Assembly: GCA_963706575.1 (NCBI GenBank)
Contig: CAVPNL010000003.1
Coordinates: 384,001 to 448,000, forward strand
From: an uncultured delta proteobacterium
GTDB taxonomy: Bacteria; Desulfobacterota; Desulfobacteria; Desulfobacterales; JAHEIW01
DNA: 64,000 bases
Direction of reading: 5' to 3'
A program made the position numbers and the translations under genes. The notes beneath the pieces were generated by a model, which was not told the DNA's origin, searched no databases, and saw nothing but the letters and a program-made list of their open reading frames with translations. Below, piece by piece: positions 29,556-39,773 of this stretch (position 1 is the stretch's first letter; every line of letters starts with the position of its first letter).

Positions 29556-31127
29556 TTGAAAAATTTTTCATGGAAACTGATTTTGGTTTTTGCGGTTATT
29601 GTTGCAGCCGTTGTTTATGTACTTCCGACACTTGAACCCGGTTTATGGCCGCACAAACAGATAAACCTGGGTCTTGATCTTCAAGGCGGAATGCACCTGG
29701 TACTGGAAGTCGACACTGCCAAAGCCGTGGAGGGCCAGGTTGAGCGCATCGCACAGGAAATCCGAGACCAGTTCAGAAAAGAGCGGCTTCGCAAAGTTTC
29801 CTTGAATCGCATTGATGGAAATAAAATATCCGTAACGGTTCAAGACCCGCAAATTCTCGAAAAATTTAATGCGCTTTTAAAAAAAGATTTTGATTTTTTG
29901 AAGCGCACCCCGCGGACGGAAGGCGGCACCTCAACCATAATTCTTGAGATACCTCAACTGGAAGCCGAAAATACGAAAAAACTGGCGGTCGATCAGGCGC
30001 TGGAAACGATCCGTAATCGCATCGACCAATTCGGCGTGGCAGAGCCAGATATCCGCCGCCAGGGAGAAAAGCGGATCCTTATTCAGCTGCCGGGTATCAA
30101 GGATCCGGAACGGGCCAAGGATTTGATCGGACGAACAGCGCTTTTAGAGTTCAAACTGGTAGATGACACCCTCGATGTCAACGCAGCAGTGAAAGGCAAT
30201 GTGCCGGCCGGCAGAGAAGTTCTCTATCGGGTAGAGGAGAATACGGACACCGGCAAAGTTACCAAATTGCCTTTTCTGCTGAAAAAGCGAACCCTTTTGA
30301 CCGGTGCCAATCTGACCAATGCACGCGTCGACTTCGACCAATTCAATATCCCTTTTGTGTCCATTAACTTTGATAAAAAAGGGGCGCGGGATTTTGAACG
30401 CATCACGGGCGATAATGTCAACAAGCGGCTGGCAATTGTTCTGGACGATACGGTTGCGTCAGCGCCGGTCATCCAGGAAAAGATTGCCGGCGGTCAGGCC
30501 CGCATTACCGGGGACTTCACGCTGGACGAAGCCAAAGATCTGGCCATCGTGCTGCGGGCGGGTGCTCTGCCGGCTCCGGTCAACATACTGGAAGAACGCA
30601 CCGTCGGTCCTTCCCTTGGGGCCGACTCCATCCGTAAGGGACTGATTTCCATGCTGATCGGGGGTGTTCTGGTCGTTTTATTTATGATCGTTTACTACAA
30701 AGGCGCCGGGATCATTGCCGATGTCGCCCTGATACTGAACATCATCCTGATTGCCGGCGGTCTGGCGGCTGCCAAAGCAACTTTAACACTGCCGGGAATT
30801 GCCGGTATCATCTTAACCATCGGCATGGCGGTAGATGCCAATGTGATCATTTTTGAACGAATCCGGGAAGAACTCGCGCTGGGACGAACCGCGCGTGCGG
30901 CAGTAGATGCCGGCTATAACCGCGCCACCCTGACGATTCTCGATGCCAACGTTACCACTCTAATTGCCGCGATTGTGCTTTTTCAATTCGGAACCGGCCC
31001 GGTTAAGGGCTTTGCCGTAACCCTGAGCCTGGGCGTCATTGCCAGTCTGTTCACAGCCCTGGTGCTCTCCCGCTTGATATTTGATTACATCCTGGGGGGA
31101 CGCAAGGTTAAAACACTCAGTATATGA
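29556..31127 (+). CDS. secD: protein translocase subunit SecD
   Basis: LGLDLQGG, IRNRIDQFGV.EP, LRAGALPAP, GMAVDANV.IFERIREE. Confidence 0.96.
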   Translation: MKNFSWKLILVFAVIVAAVVYVLPTLEPGLWPHKQINLGLDLQGGMHLVLEVDTAKAVEGQVERIAQEIRDQFRKERLRKVSLNRIDGNKISVTVQDPQILEKFNALLKKDFDFLKRTPRTEGGTSTIILEIPQLEAENTKKLAVDQALETIRNRIDQFGVAEPDIRRQGEKRILIQLPGIKDPERAKDLIGRTALLEFKLVDDTLDVNAAVKGNVPAGREVLYRVEENTDTGKVTKLPFLLKKRTLLTGANLTNARVDFDQFNIPFVSINFDKKGARDFERITGDNVNKRLAIVLDDTVASAPVIQEKIAGGQARITGDFTLDEAKDLAIVLRAGALPAPVNILEERTVGPSLGADSIRKGLISMLIGGVLVVLFMIVYYKGAGIIADVALILNIILIAGGLAAAKATLTLPGIAGIILTIGMAVDANVIIFERIREELALGRTARAAVDAGYNRATLTILDANVTTLIAAIVLFQFGTGPVKGFAVTLSLGVIASLFTALVLSRLIFDYILGGRKVKTLSI

Positions 31128-31136
31128 GGATTTTTC

Positions 31137-32174
31137 ATGCGGTTTATAAAACCTGATATTAATATTGACTTTGTTGGCAGAAAAAAAATCGCCTTCATCC
31201 TGTCCTTTGCCTGTATCGCCATCAGTCTTCTGTCACTAATTATTCACAAGGGCCCCCGTCTGGGCATCGATTTCGCCGGCGGGACGCTGGTACAGATAAA
31301 ATTTACGTCAGCGGTGCAGATCGATGACATTAACTCCGGATTAGGAAATATCGGTCTGGGCAAATCATCAGTGCAGCAATTCGGCCATCAAACCGACAAT
31401 GAATTTCTCATCCGCACAGAGACCTCCTTTAGAGGCGACGAGGGATTTACAACCGATATCAAAAAAGCCTTGGAATCATCCACCAAAGGTGAGGTGGAAA
31501 TCCGGCGAGTGGAAATGGTCGGTCCCCAGGTGGGAGAGGATTTAAGGAAGAAGGCATTGTTCGCCATGTTTTACGCGCTGCTTTTTATTACGATCTACAT
31601 ATCCGGCCGCTTTGAGCTCAAATGGATGTTGAGCGGCGTGGTGGCGGCCGCCCTTATTGGTGCGGTTTACATCTTCAACCTGTTTAATGTCAGCATTCCT
31701 TTTCTGATCGGCGCGGCCCTGATCGTTACCCTGGTTATTTTCTGGTTTTTGGAGCTAAAATATGCCATGGGCGCTATCGTTGCGCTGATACACGATGTCA
31801 TTATCACCGTCGGGATCTTCTCTTTAATGGACATCGAATTCACGCTGCCGATTATCGCTGCGCTGCTCACGATTATCGGATATTCGCTGAACGATACCAT
31901 CATCGTCTTTGACCGCATCCGCGAAAATCTGAGAAGATATCACAAAAAGCCGCTGGCATTTATCGTCAATCGCAGCATTAATGAAACACTGGGCAGAACG
32001 GTTCTGACCTCATTGACAACCTTGATGGTCGTGGTGACGCTTTTTGTGCTGGGCGGCGGCATCATCCACGATTTCGCCTTCGCTTTAATCATCGGCGTGG
32101 TTGTGGGAACGTATTCATCAATTTACGTGGCCAGTCCCATATTGCTCGCCTGGCAGAATCGCGGCAAGAAATAA
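31137..32174 (+). CDS. secF: protein translocase subunit SecF
   Basis: GIDFAGG, VGPQVG, GYSLNDTIIVFDRIRE. Confidence 0.96.
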   Translation: MRFIKPDINIDFVGRKKIAFILSFACIAISLLSLIIHKGPRLGIDFAGGTLVQIKFTSAVQIDDINSGLGNIGLGKSSVQQFGHQTDNEFLIRTETSFRGDEGFTTDIKKALESSTKGEVEIRRVEMVGPQVGEDLRKKALFAMFYALLFITIYISGRFELKWMLSGVVAAALIGAVYIFNLFNVSIPFLIGAALIVTLVIFWFLELKYAMGAIVALIHDVIITVGIFSLMDIEFTLPIIAALLTIIGYSLNDTIIVFDRIRENLRRYHKKPLAFIVNRSINETLGRTVLTSLTTLMVVVTLFVLGGGIIHDFAFALIIGVVVGTYSSIYVASPILLAWQNRGKK

Positions 32175-32241
32175 CCCTCAATCTTTAAGTTGTTGCAAAT
32201 ATATCCACTAAAGTATTTAGACTTAAGATAAACGAGCAAGC

Positions 32242-32361
32242 GTTCAGAGGTTCAGAGGTTCAGGGATTCAGGGTTCGGACAACCTTGAACGGTGAACCCT
32301 GAGCCTTTCAACGTTAATGAGAGAAGGCAACCTTGAACGCTGAACGCTGAACCGTGAACGC
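32242..32361. repeat. inverted heptamer repeat arms (GTTCAGA / TGAACGC)
   Basis: gttcagaggttcagaggttcagggattcagggttc ... tgaacggtgaaccctgagc ... tgaacgctgaacgctgaaccgtgaacg. Confidence 0.75.
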
Positions 32362-32372
32362 CTGTATATGAG

Positions 32373-33497
32373 ATGGATAACCTGCACTCTTGGTTTTGTT
32401 TGAAAAACGTTCCGGGAATCGGCAATCACTTATATAAGCGATTAATCGACCGATTTAATTCGCCGGAGGCTGTTTTTCAAGCGTCACAGCAGGAGCTGCT
32501 TGAAGTCGAAGGCATTTCCAAACGCCAATCGGCTGCGGTACTCAACTATAAGGCACCGCAAAGCATCAAAGCTGAAATCGATCAGGTAAATCAAAAAGGT
32601 TATAAAATCATAACGCTGGCAGATTCATTTTATCCGCCGCTTTTAAGGGAAATACCGGATCCGCCGCCGTTTTTATATGTCTCCGGCAGCCTGGATGGTT
32701 CACCAAAAAATATTGCTGTTGTCGGCTCACGCAATCCAACCGCATACGGCATTTCAGCCACTCAGAAACTGTGCGCCGATCTGTCCGCACACGGCATTAC
32801 CATCGTCAGCGGCATGGCTGTCGGCATTGACACAGCCGCTCATCAGGGCGCCCTATCCGGCAAGGGAAAAACCGTCGCCGTTCTGGGCAGCGGCTTTAAT
32901 AAGATTTATCCATCACAAAACCGGAGTTTGTTTAAACGCATTGCAGAAGAAGCTGCCGTCATTTCGGAATTTGCGCTGAACGCAGATCCAGAAGCACATC
33001 ATTTCCCAATTCGCAACAGAATCATCAGCGGCATGTGCATGGGAACTGTCGTCGTCGAAGCCACACGCAAAAGCGGATCCCTTATCACTGCACGGCTTGC
33101 GGCCGATCAGAATCGAGAAGTATTTGCGGTTCCGGGAAGCATTCAATCATTTAAAAGCACCGGTACTCACGCCCTCATCAAACAGGGGGCCAAATTGGTG
33201 GAAAATGCACAGGATGTCATTGAAGAGTTGATCGCCTATATGGATATGGGACCACCCGGTTTGCATGAAGACCGTGATTATAACCATGTCGCCAGGAAAC
33301 AACCATCATTACCGCCTGAAGAACTGGCTGTATATAACCATCTCAGTCCGTATCCGGAACATATTGACACCATTATCCGTAGAACCCATATTGAGTCTGG
33401 CAAACTATTGAGTCTGCTGTTACAATTAGAGCTGAAAGGAATCGTGCAGCAGCTGCCGGGTAAATATTTTGCCCTTTTTGAAAACAAATCTGATTAA
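32373..33497 (+). CDS. dprA: DNA-processing protein DprA
   Basis: AVVGSR, VSGMA.GID..AH, FP.RNRIISG, SGSLITA, LIKQGA. Confidence 0.95.
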   Translation: MDNLHSWFCLKNVPGIGNHLYKRLIDRFNSPEAVFQASQQELLEVEGISKRQSAAVLNYKAPQSIKAEIDQVNQKGYKIITLADSFYPPLLREIPDPPPFLYVSGSLDGSPKNIAVVGSRNPTAYGISATQKLCADLSAHGITIVSGMAVGIDTAAHQGALSGKGKTVAVLGSGFNKIYPSQNRSLFKRIAEEAAVISEFALNADPEAHHFPIRNRIISGMCMGTVVVEATRKSGSLITARLAADQNREVFAVPGSIQSFKSTGTHALIKQGAKLVENAQDVIEELIAYMDMGPPGLHEDRDYNHVARKQPSLPPEELAVYNHLSPYPEHIDTIIRRTHIESGKLLSLLLQLELKGIVQQLPGKYFALFENKSD

Positions 33498-33516
33498 TTG
33501 AGCCAGAGGAGAAACC

Positions 33517-35793
33517 GTGACCAAACCGCTTGTAGTTGTGGAGTCGCCAACGAAAGTCAAAACGATAAAGAAATACCTGGGCAAAGATTATAATGTGGCT
33601 GCAACCGTTGGGCATATTAAAGATCTCCCCAGCAAGGAAATGGGGATCGATATCGAAGGCGGGTTTAAACCCAAGTATAAAAGTATCCCCGGAAAGCAAA
33701 AGATAATAAAGACCTTAAAACAGGCTGCCGGAGACGCCACCGACATTTATCTGGCGCCGGACCCGGATCGCGAAGGGGAAGCCATCGCCTGGCATACATC
33801 CGAAGTACTTAAACAAAAAGGTCGCAAATTTTACCGGGTCCTTTTCCATGAATTAACCAAAGACGCCATTAACAAAGCAATGGTTTCACCACAGAACCTT
33901 GACGCCTCGAAATATGAAGCGCAGCAGGCCCGCCGGATACTCGACAGACTGGTCGGATACCAGATCTCGCCATTGCTGTGGCGCAAGGTCAAGGGCGGCT
34001 TGAGTGCCGGCCGCGTCCAATCGGTTGCCCTGCGAATCATCTGTGAGAGAGAACGCGCCATCCACGCATTTGAAGCCCGTGAATACTGGTCCATCACCGC
34101 ACATCTTGAAGGGGAGACCCCGCCCCCGTTCGCTGCAAAACTGGTCAAAAAAAATAATGAAAAAATTGAAATTCCAAATGAAGAAAAAACCAATACGATA
34201 TTAGCGGAACTCGAAGATCAGAAATTCGTTGTCAAAAAAGTCGTCAAAAAAACAGTTCGCAAGAATCCGCTGCCGCCCTTTACCACCAGTAAGCTTCAGC
34301 AGGATGCCATCCGCAAGCTACGATTTTCTGCCAAAAAAACCATGCTGATCGCCCAGCAGTTATACGAAGGTATCGAACTGGGTCCGGGAGGTCCAGTCGG
34401 ACTTATCACCTATATGCGCACCGATTCCACCCGCATTGCCAAAGAGGCCGCCGATGAAGCCCTGGAATTCATTCGGGGAAAATTCGGTAATGATTATGCC
34501 CTGGAAAGGCCGCGCTTTTTTAAAAATCGAAAAAAAGCTCAGGATGCGCATGAAGCCATCCGCCCGACCTCGGTCGCCAAGACCCCTGAGGAATTGGCCC
34601 CGTATTTATCAAACGATCAACTGTCTTTATACCGGCTTATCTGGCAACGATTTGTGGCATCTCAAATGCAACAGGCGCAGATCAATCAAGTGTCGGTGAC
34701 AATTGAAGCCGGCCTTTATCAGTTTGCTGCCAGCGGCTCAACCGTTAAATTCCCGGGCTTTATGGCACTTTACATGTCGGTCGACGATGAAATCGCAGAT
34801 AAGGACCAGAAGAAAGCACCGGCCCTTCCAGTGCTGCCGGAAGGGTTGATCCTAAAGCTACTGCAGTTGGAACCCAAACAGCATTTCACCCAGCCGCCGC
34901 CGAGATTTTCAGAAGCTTCGCTGGTAAAAGAGCTCGAAGAGAACGGGATTGGTCGCCCCAGTACCTACGCCAGCATATTGTCTACCATACGAGAAAAAGA
35001 ATATGCAGATCTGCAAAACAGATATTTCAGACCGACCGAACTGGGTTTTATCGTAAACGACCTTTTGGTCGAAAATTTCCCGGATATCTTTGATGTGGAA
35101 TTTACGGCCCGAATGGAAGAAAATCTGGACCGGATCGAATCCTCGGAGGATGAGTTATTCAAAATTTTATCCCAATTTTATCATCCCTTTAAAAAGGATC
35201 TGGAAGCCGCTGCTGAAGATATGCTCAGCGTTAAAGGCGTTGGATTTTCCACCGGACTCGATTGTCCGGAATGTCAAAAGCCATTGCATATCAAGGTCGG
35301 AAAAAACGGACCTTTTCTAGCATGTAGCGGCTATCCGGATTGCAGCTACTCCAATGACTACACTCGTGATGAAAAAGGAAATATCCAGCCTGTTGAATTA
35401 TCTTCCGAGGAAGTGGTTGATAAGTCTTGCGATAAATGCGGCAGCCCGATGGTTATCAAACGCGGCCGCTACGGCGAATTTTTAGCGTGCAGCGCTTATC
35501 CGGATTGCAAAAATACGCAATCCTTAAATTCCAATGGCGCCAATTCTAAAATCGGCATCAATTGTCCTGAAGACGGCTGCGATGGGGATATCGTTGAAAG
35601 AAAATCAAAGCGCGGGAAAATATTTTACGGCTGCAGCCGATTCCCGAAATGCGAGTTTGCCAGTTGGGACAAGCCGATCGCACAAGATTGCCCGCAATGC
35701 GGCGCAAAGCTATTGGCTGAGAAGACCACCAAAAAGCAAGGGACTTTTTTGATCTGTCTGTCCAAAGAATGCGGCTTTAAAGAACCTATATAG
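33517..35793 (+). CDS. topA: DNA topoisomerase I
   Basis: VVESPTK, DPDREGE, SAGRVQS, ITYMRTDS, C-terminal Zn ribbons. Confidence 0.97.
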   Translation: MTKPLVVVESPTKVKTIKKYLGKDYNVAATVGHIKDLPSKEMGIDIEGGFKPKYKSIPGKQKIIKTLKQAAGDATDIYLAPDPDREGEAIAWHTSEVLKQKGRKFYRVLFHELTKDAINKAMVSPQNLDASKYEAQQARRILDRLVGYQISPLLWRKVKGGLSAGRVQSVALRIICERERAIHAFEAREYWSITAHLEGETPPPFAAKLVKKNNEKIEIPNEEKTNTILAELEDQKFVVKKVVKKTVRKNPLPPFTTSKLQQDAIRKLRFSAKKTMLIAQQLYEGIELGPGGPVGLITYMRTDSTRIAKEAADEALEFIRGKFGNDYALERPRFFKNRKKAQDAHEAIRPTSVAKTPEELAPYLSNDQLSLYRLIWQRFVASQMQQAQINQVSVTIEAGLYQFAASGSTVKFPGFMALYMSVDDEIADKDQKKAPALPVLPEGLILKLLQLEPKQHFTQPPPRFSEASLVKELEENGIGRPSTYASILSTIREKEYADLQNRYFRPTELGFIVNDLLVENFPDIFDVEFTARMEENLDRIESSEDELFKILSQFYHPFKKDLEAAAEDMLSVKGVGFSTGLDCPECQKPLHIKVGKNGPFLACSGYPDCSYSNDYTRDEKGNIQPVELSSEEVVDKSCDKCGSPMVIKRGRYGEFLACSAYPDCKNTQSLNSNGANSKIGINCPEDGCDGDIVERKSKRGKIFYGCSRFPKCEFASWDKPIAQDCPQCGAKLLAEKTTKKQGTFLICLSKECGFKEPI

Positions 35794-35984
35794 AACCTGT
35801 CTCAAAAATAGGATTTTGGTTCAAGATCGCGGCGGAGCCGAGCTTTCCCGCGATGCGGGATTCCCCGTCTGATCTTATACTCTTTGTGGGTCGTAAACCG
35901 CAGGCATACTGTTGTATGTCGAGGATTTAAAGCGAGGCACCAACAAAGATATTGGGCCAAAAGACATTTTTGAGAGGGGTTCTA
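35791..35984. mobile_element. MITE-like element copy C with a 48-bp internal insertion (35847-35894)
   Basis: Starts at the topA TAG (TAGAACCTGTCTCAAAAAT), ends TTTTTGAGAGGGGTTCTA; colinear with copy B apart from the insert. Confidence 0.88.
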
Positions 35985-36050
35985 AAAATGCTTGACAACA
36001 AGATATTGTCCTGCTACAAGGTAGCATAAATTCAAACGCTTTTAGTCATC

Positions 36051-36143
36051 ATGAAAAAAATAAACGTCATTACCAACCTTATTAGCCTAATTCTGGTACT
36101 CGTCAGCGGCATTATTATTGTCCGCTGGGGGGCATGGGGTTGA
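36051..36143 (+). CDS. ilv operon leader peptide MKKINVITNLISLILVLVSGIIIVRWGAWG
   Basis: 30 codons, 15 of them Ile/Leu/Val, immediately before a terminator upstream of ilvB. Confidence 0.88.
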   Translation: MKKINVITNLISLILVLVSGIIIVRWGAWG

Positions 36144-36168
36144 TAATGGCCTGACTTAATCGTCCAAG

Positions 36169-36215
36169 AAAAAAAATCCGTTATCAGCTCCAAAGCTGAT
36201 AACGGATTTTTTTTT
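36169..36215 (+). terminator. attenuator terminator of the ilv operon
   Basis: ATCCGTTATCAGCT-CCAA-AGCTGATAACGGAT + T run; the 5' arm CCGTTATCA can alternatively pair with TGATAATGG at 36141-36149. Confidence 0.9.
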
Positions 36216-36282
36216 GCGCGAGCATTGGCATCTTCATACAGCCTAACATTAACGCTAAAGAAGTTTAAAGAGGGAAACAAAA

Positions 36283-37968
36283 ATGGAACTAACCGGTGCA
36301 CAAATCATGATGGAAGTTCTCAAAGAAGAAGGGGTGGACACCATCTTCGGATTCCCTGGCGGAGTCGTAATTGATTTATTTGACGAATTGGCCAAAACGG
36401 ATATCCGACGTATACTGGTCAGACATGAACAGGGCGCCGTGCATGCAGCCGACGGTTATGCCCGCGCCAGTGGTAAAACAGGAGTTTGCCTGGTAACCTC
36501 GGGCCCGGGGGCAACTAACACGGTTACCGGAATTGCGACGGCCTATATGGACTCCATCCCCCTGGTTGTTTTTACCGGTCAGGTGCCTACCCAGCTGATC
36601 GGCAATGACGCCTTCCAGGAAGTTGACATCGTCGGCATCACCCGCCCCTGCACCAAACATAATTACCTGGTGCAATCGGCAGAAGAATTTCCCCGGATCA
36701 TCAAAGAAGCATTTTACCTGGCCCGCTCCGGTCGTCCGGGACCGATACTCGTTGATATCCCCAAAGATGTCACCAAAGAAATCTTTGACTACACTCCCAT
36801 AAAAGAGGTTCGGCTAAAATCATACAATCCGACCTATAACCCGAACATGAAGCAATTGCGAAAAGCGGTTGGCCTGATCAAAGAATCAGCGCGACCGGTA
36901 ATTTTTGCCGGAGGCGGTATTATTCTTTCCCGGGCTGCAGCCGAACTGACCGAATTTGCCCGCAAAACCCAGATCCCGGTCACGACCTCTCTGATGGGTT
37001 TGGGCGCATTTCCGGGCACAGACCCTTTGTGGCTTGGAATGATCGGCATGCATGGTACCTATCGGGCAAATATGAGCACCGGCGCCTGCGATCTTATCGT
37101 TTCTATCGGTGTCCGATTTGATGACCGCGTCACCGGAAAAACAGATGCATTTGCTTCCCAGGCAAAAATCGTTCACATCGATATTGATCCGACCTCAATC
37201 CGGAAAAATATACCGGTGACCATTCCGATTGTGGGAGATTGTAAAGCCAGCCTGCGCCTCTTGAATGAACTCATCGATGAAGCCGGCCCGGAAGACATTG
37301 CCGCCAAACGTAAAAAATGGTTCGCACAAATTGAGGAATGGAAAAGCACCAACCCGCTGGCCTACAAGCAGGAGGATACAATCAAACCTCAGTTTGTTGT
37401 CGAAAAACTTTATGAATTAACAAAAGGTGAGGCCATTATCACGACCGAAGTGGGCCAAAACCAAATGTGGGCCGCCCAATATTATCATTTTAATCAGCCC
37501 AACCATTTTATCACATCCGGCGGCCTCGGTACGATGGGATTTGGTCTGCCGGCAGCCATCGGTGCCCAGATAGCCTGCCCCGATAAACTGGTAGTCGATA
37601 TCGCGGGTGATGGTAGCATTCAGATGAACATTCAAGAGATGGCCACGGCGGTCCAATGTTGTTTGCCGGTTAAGGTGGCTATTTTGAACAACGCCTATCT
37701 GGGGATGGTCCGCCAATGGCAGGAATTATTTTATGAAAAACGTTACGTCTGCACGGACATGGATTGTGCTCCCGATTTCGTAAAGCTCGCCGAGGCATTC
37801 GGGGCAGTCGGTTTACGGGCATCAAAACCGGAGGAGGTTGAAGCGGTACTCAAAGAAGGCCTCTCGGTTCCGCAACCCGTCATTATGGATTTTAGAGTCG
37901 ATCGAGAGGAAAGTGTTTATCCCATGGTTCCCGCCGGCGCGCCCATTACGGAAATGCTGCTGGTCTAG
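36283..37968 (+). CDS. ilvB: acetolactate synthase large subunit
   Basis: RHEQGA.HAADGYAR, TSGPGATN, SGGLGTMG, GDGSIQMN. Confidence 0.96.
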   Translation: MELTGAQIMMEVLKEEGVDTIFGFPGGVVIDLFDELAKTDIRRILVRHEQGAVHAADGYARASGKTGVCLVTSGPGATNTVTGIATAYMDSIPLVVFTGQVPTQLIGNDAFQEVDIVGITRPCTKHNYLVQSAEEFPRIIKEAFYLARSGRPGPILVDIPKDVTKEIFDYTPIKEVRLKSYNPTYNPNMKQLRKAVGLIKESARPVIFAGGGIILSRAAAELTEFARKTQIPVTTSLMGLGAFPGTDPLWLGMIGMHGTYRANMSTGACDLIVSIGVRFDDRVTGKTDAFASQAKIVHIDIDPTSIRKNIPVTIPIVGDCKASLRLLNELIDEAGPEDIAAKRKKWFAQIEEWKSTNPLAYKQEDTIKPQFVVEKLYELTKGEAIITTEVGQNQMWAAQYYHFNQPNHFITSGGLGTMGFGLPAAIGAQIACPDKLVVDIAGDGSIQMNIQEMATAVQCCLPVKVAILNNAYLGMVRQWQELFYEKRYVCTDMDCAPDFVKLAEAFGAVGLRASKPEEVEAVLKEGLSVPQPVIMDFRVDREESVYPMVPAGAPITEMLLV

Positions 37969-38028
37969 ATTGGTTATTCGTTATTCGTTAATGCTTATTG
38001 GAATAACGGATAACAGATAACAAATAAC
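37969..38028. repeat. inverted heptamer arms (GTTATTC / GATAACA)
   Basis: ggttattcgttattcgttaatgcttattgg aataacggataacagataacaaataac. Confidence 0.7.
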
Positions 38029-38100
38029 TTTCGGACAAAAATTTACAGATTCTTGTTAACGGCAGCTCATTTATGACAAAGCAGTAATAGGAACATTGAT

Positions 38101-38589
38101 ATGGAAGAAAAAAAACATACGATGACGATGCTGGTTGATAATCAGCCGGGGGTCCTTTCAAGGGTGGCCGGATTATTCAGCGGCAAGGGATTCAATATTG
38201 AAAGTTTGTGCACAGCCCCGACCATGGATCCCCGGGTTTCCAGAATCACCATTGTCACCAAGGCCAACCCGCCACTCATCGAACAAATTGAAAAGCAGCT
38301 CAGAAAACTGATTAATGTAATAAAACTGCGCGATATGACCGGGCCCAAGTCGGTTAAACGCGAAATGGCCTTGATCTGTGTGCAGGCCAGACCGGAGCTG
38401 CGGGCAGAAATACTGCGGATCGTCGACATCTTCCGCTGCAAAGTCATAGACGTCGGCATCGAGCATTATATTATCGAAGTAACCGGAGATGAAGGAAAAC
38501 TGGCCGCTCTGATTAATCTGCTCAAACCCATGGGAATAAAAAAAATTGCCCGCAGCGGCACCCTGGCGCTTTATCGTGAACCCAAGTAG
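38101..38589 (+). CDS. ilvN: acetolactate synthase small subunit
   Basis: N.PGVLSRVAGLFS..GFNIESL, KQL.KLI.VIK. Confidence 0.94.
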   Translation: MEEKKHTMTMLVDNQPGVLSRVAGLFSGKGFNIESLCTAPTMDPRVSRITIVTKANPPLIEQIEKQLRKLINVIKLRDMTGPKSVKREMALICVQARPELRAEILRIVDIFRCKVIDVGIEHYIIEVTGDEGKLAALINLLKPMGIKKIARSGTLALYREPK

Positions 38590-38617
38590 TTTTTAATTAA
38601 TAAACGGGCTTTTTCCT

Positions 38618-38678
38618 TCGCGGCTGGAAGCCGCTCCCACAAGCCAAATCAGTCTGTGGCAGCGGCTTCCAGCCGCGA
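38618..38678. repeat. REP doublet (GTGG-type palindromic unit)
   Basis: TCGCGGCTGGAAGCCGCTCCCACA ... TGTGGCAGCGGCTTCCAGCCGCGA. Confidence 0.85.
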
Positions 38679-38719
38679 TATAACCAAACAACTAAACACA
38701 AACAGCGAAGAGGATAATT

Positions 38720-39772
38720 ATGGCACAGTTCAACTTTGGTGGCGTGATGGAAGAAGTGATTACGGATGATGAATTTCCCCTGCAAAAAGCCAGAGAAATT
38801 CTTAAAAACGAAATTGTGGCGGTTCTGGGTTACGGTGTCCAGGGACCGGGACAGGCGCTGAATATGAGAGACAACGGTATCAACGTTATCGTTGGCCAGC
38901 GCGAAAACAGCGCCTCCTGGGACCGGGCAGTTGCCGACGGCTTTGTGCCCGGCAAAACGCTTTTTCCGGTCGAGGAAGCCGCCAGGCAGGCGACCATCAT
39001 CCAGTACCTGCTTTCGGATGCCGGCCAGATGGCTGTGTGGCCGCAGCTAAAAGAATGTCTGGCCGAAGGAAACACGCTTTATTTTTCGCATGGATTTTCT
39101 ATTGTGTTTCACGATCAAACCAATGTGATTCCGCCGCAAAATGTGGATGTGGTTCTGGTCGCACCCAAAGGGTCGGGGCGTACGGTTAGAAGCAATTTTC
39201 TGGATGGCAGCGGTATCAACTCAAGTTTCGCAATCCATCAGGATTACAGCGGGAACGCCAGGGAAAAAACGCTGGCGCTGGGAATTGCCATCGGCTCCGG
39301 TTATCTGTTCCCCACCACCTTTGCCAATGAAGTCCACAGTGATTTAACCGGCGAACGCGGCGTGCTGATGGGGTGTCTGGCCGGTGTCATGGAAGCGCAG
39401 TATACGCTTTTACGAAAACACGGACACAGCCCCAGCGAAGCCTTTAATGAGACGGTTGAGGAGTTGACCCAGAGTCTCATCCGCCTGGTGGCTGCAAACG
39501 GTATGGATTGGATGTTTGCCAGTTGCTCGACCACAGCGCAGCGCGGTGCCCTGGACTGGGCACCGAAATTTCGAAATGCGGTAACGCCGGTGTTTGATGA
39601 ACTGTATGAAAAAGTCATCTCCGGAGAAGAGACCAAACGCGTGCTGGAATCCAACAGCGCTCCGGATTATCGCCAAAAGCTTGAAAAAGAATTAGCGCAG
39701 ATCAAAGAATCTGAAATGTGGCAGACCGGCACGACGGTACGCTCACTCAGGCCGGAAAACCGAAAAAAATAA
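38720..39772 (+). CDS. ilvC: ketol-acid reductoisomerase (about 350 aa, Bacteroidota/fungal Ilv5-like type)
   Basis: GYGVQG, LLSDAGQ, FSHGF, VAPKGSG, SDLTGER, SEAFNETVEE, CSTTAQRGALDW. Confidence 0.94.
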   Translation: MAQFNFGGVMEEVITDDEFPLQKAREILKNEIVAVLGYGVQGPGQALNMRDNGINVIVGQRENSASWDRAVADGFVPGKTLFPVEEAARQATIIQYLLSDAGQMAVWPQLKECLAEGNTLYFSHGFSIVFHDQTNVIPPQNVDVVLVAPKGSGRTVRSNFLDGSGINSSFAIHQDYSGNAREKTLALGIAIGSGYLFPTTFANEVHSDLTGERGVLMGCLAGVMEAQYTLLRKHGHSPSEAFNETVEELTQSLIRLVAANGMDWMFASCSTTAQRGALDWAPKFRNAVTPVFDELYEKVISGEETKRVLESNSAPDYRQKLEKELAQIKESEMWQTGTTVRSLRPENRKK

Positions 39773-39773
39773 C

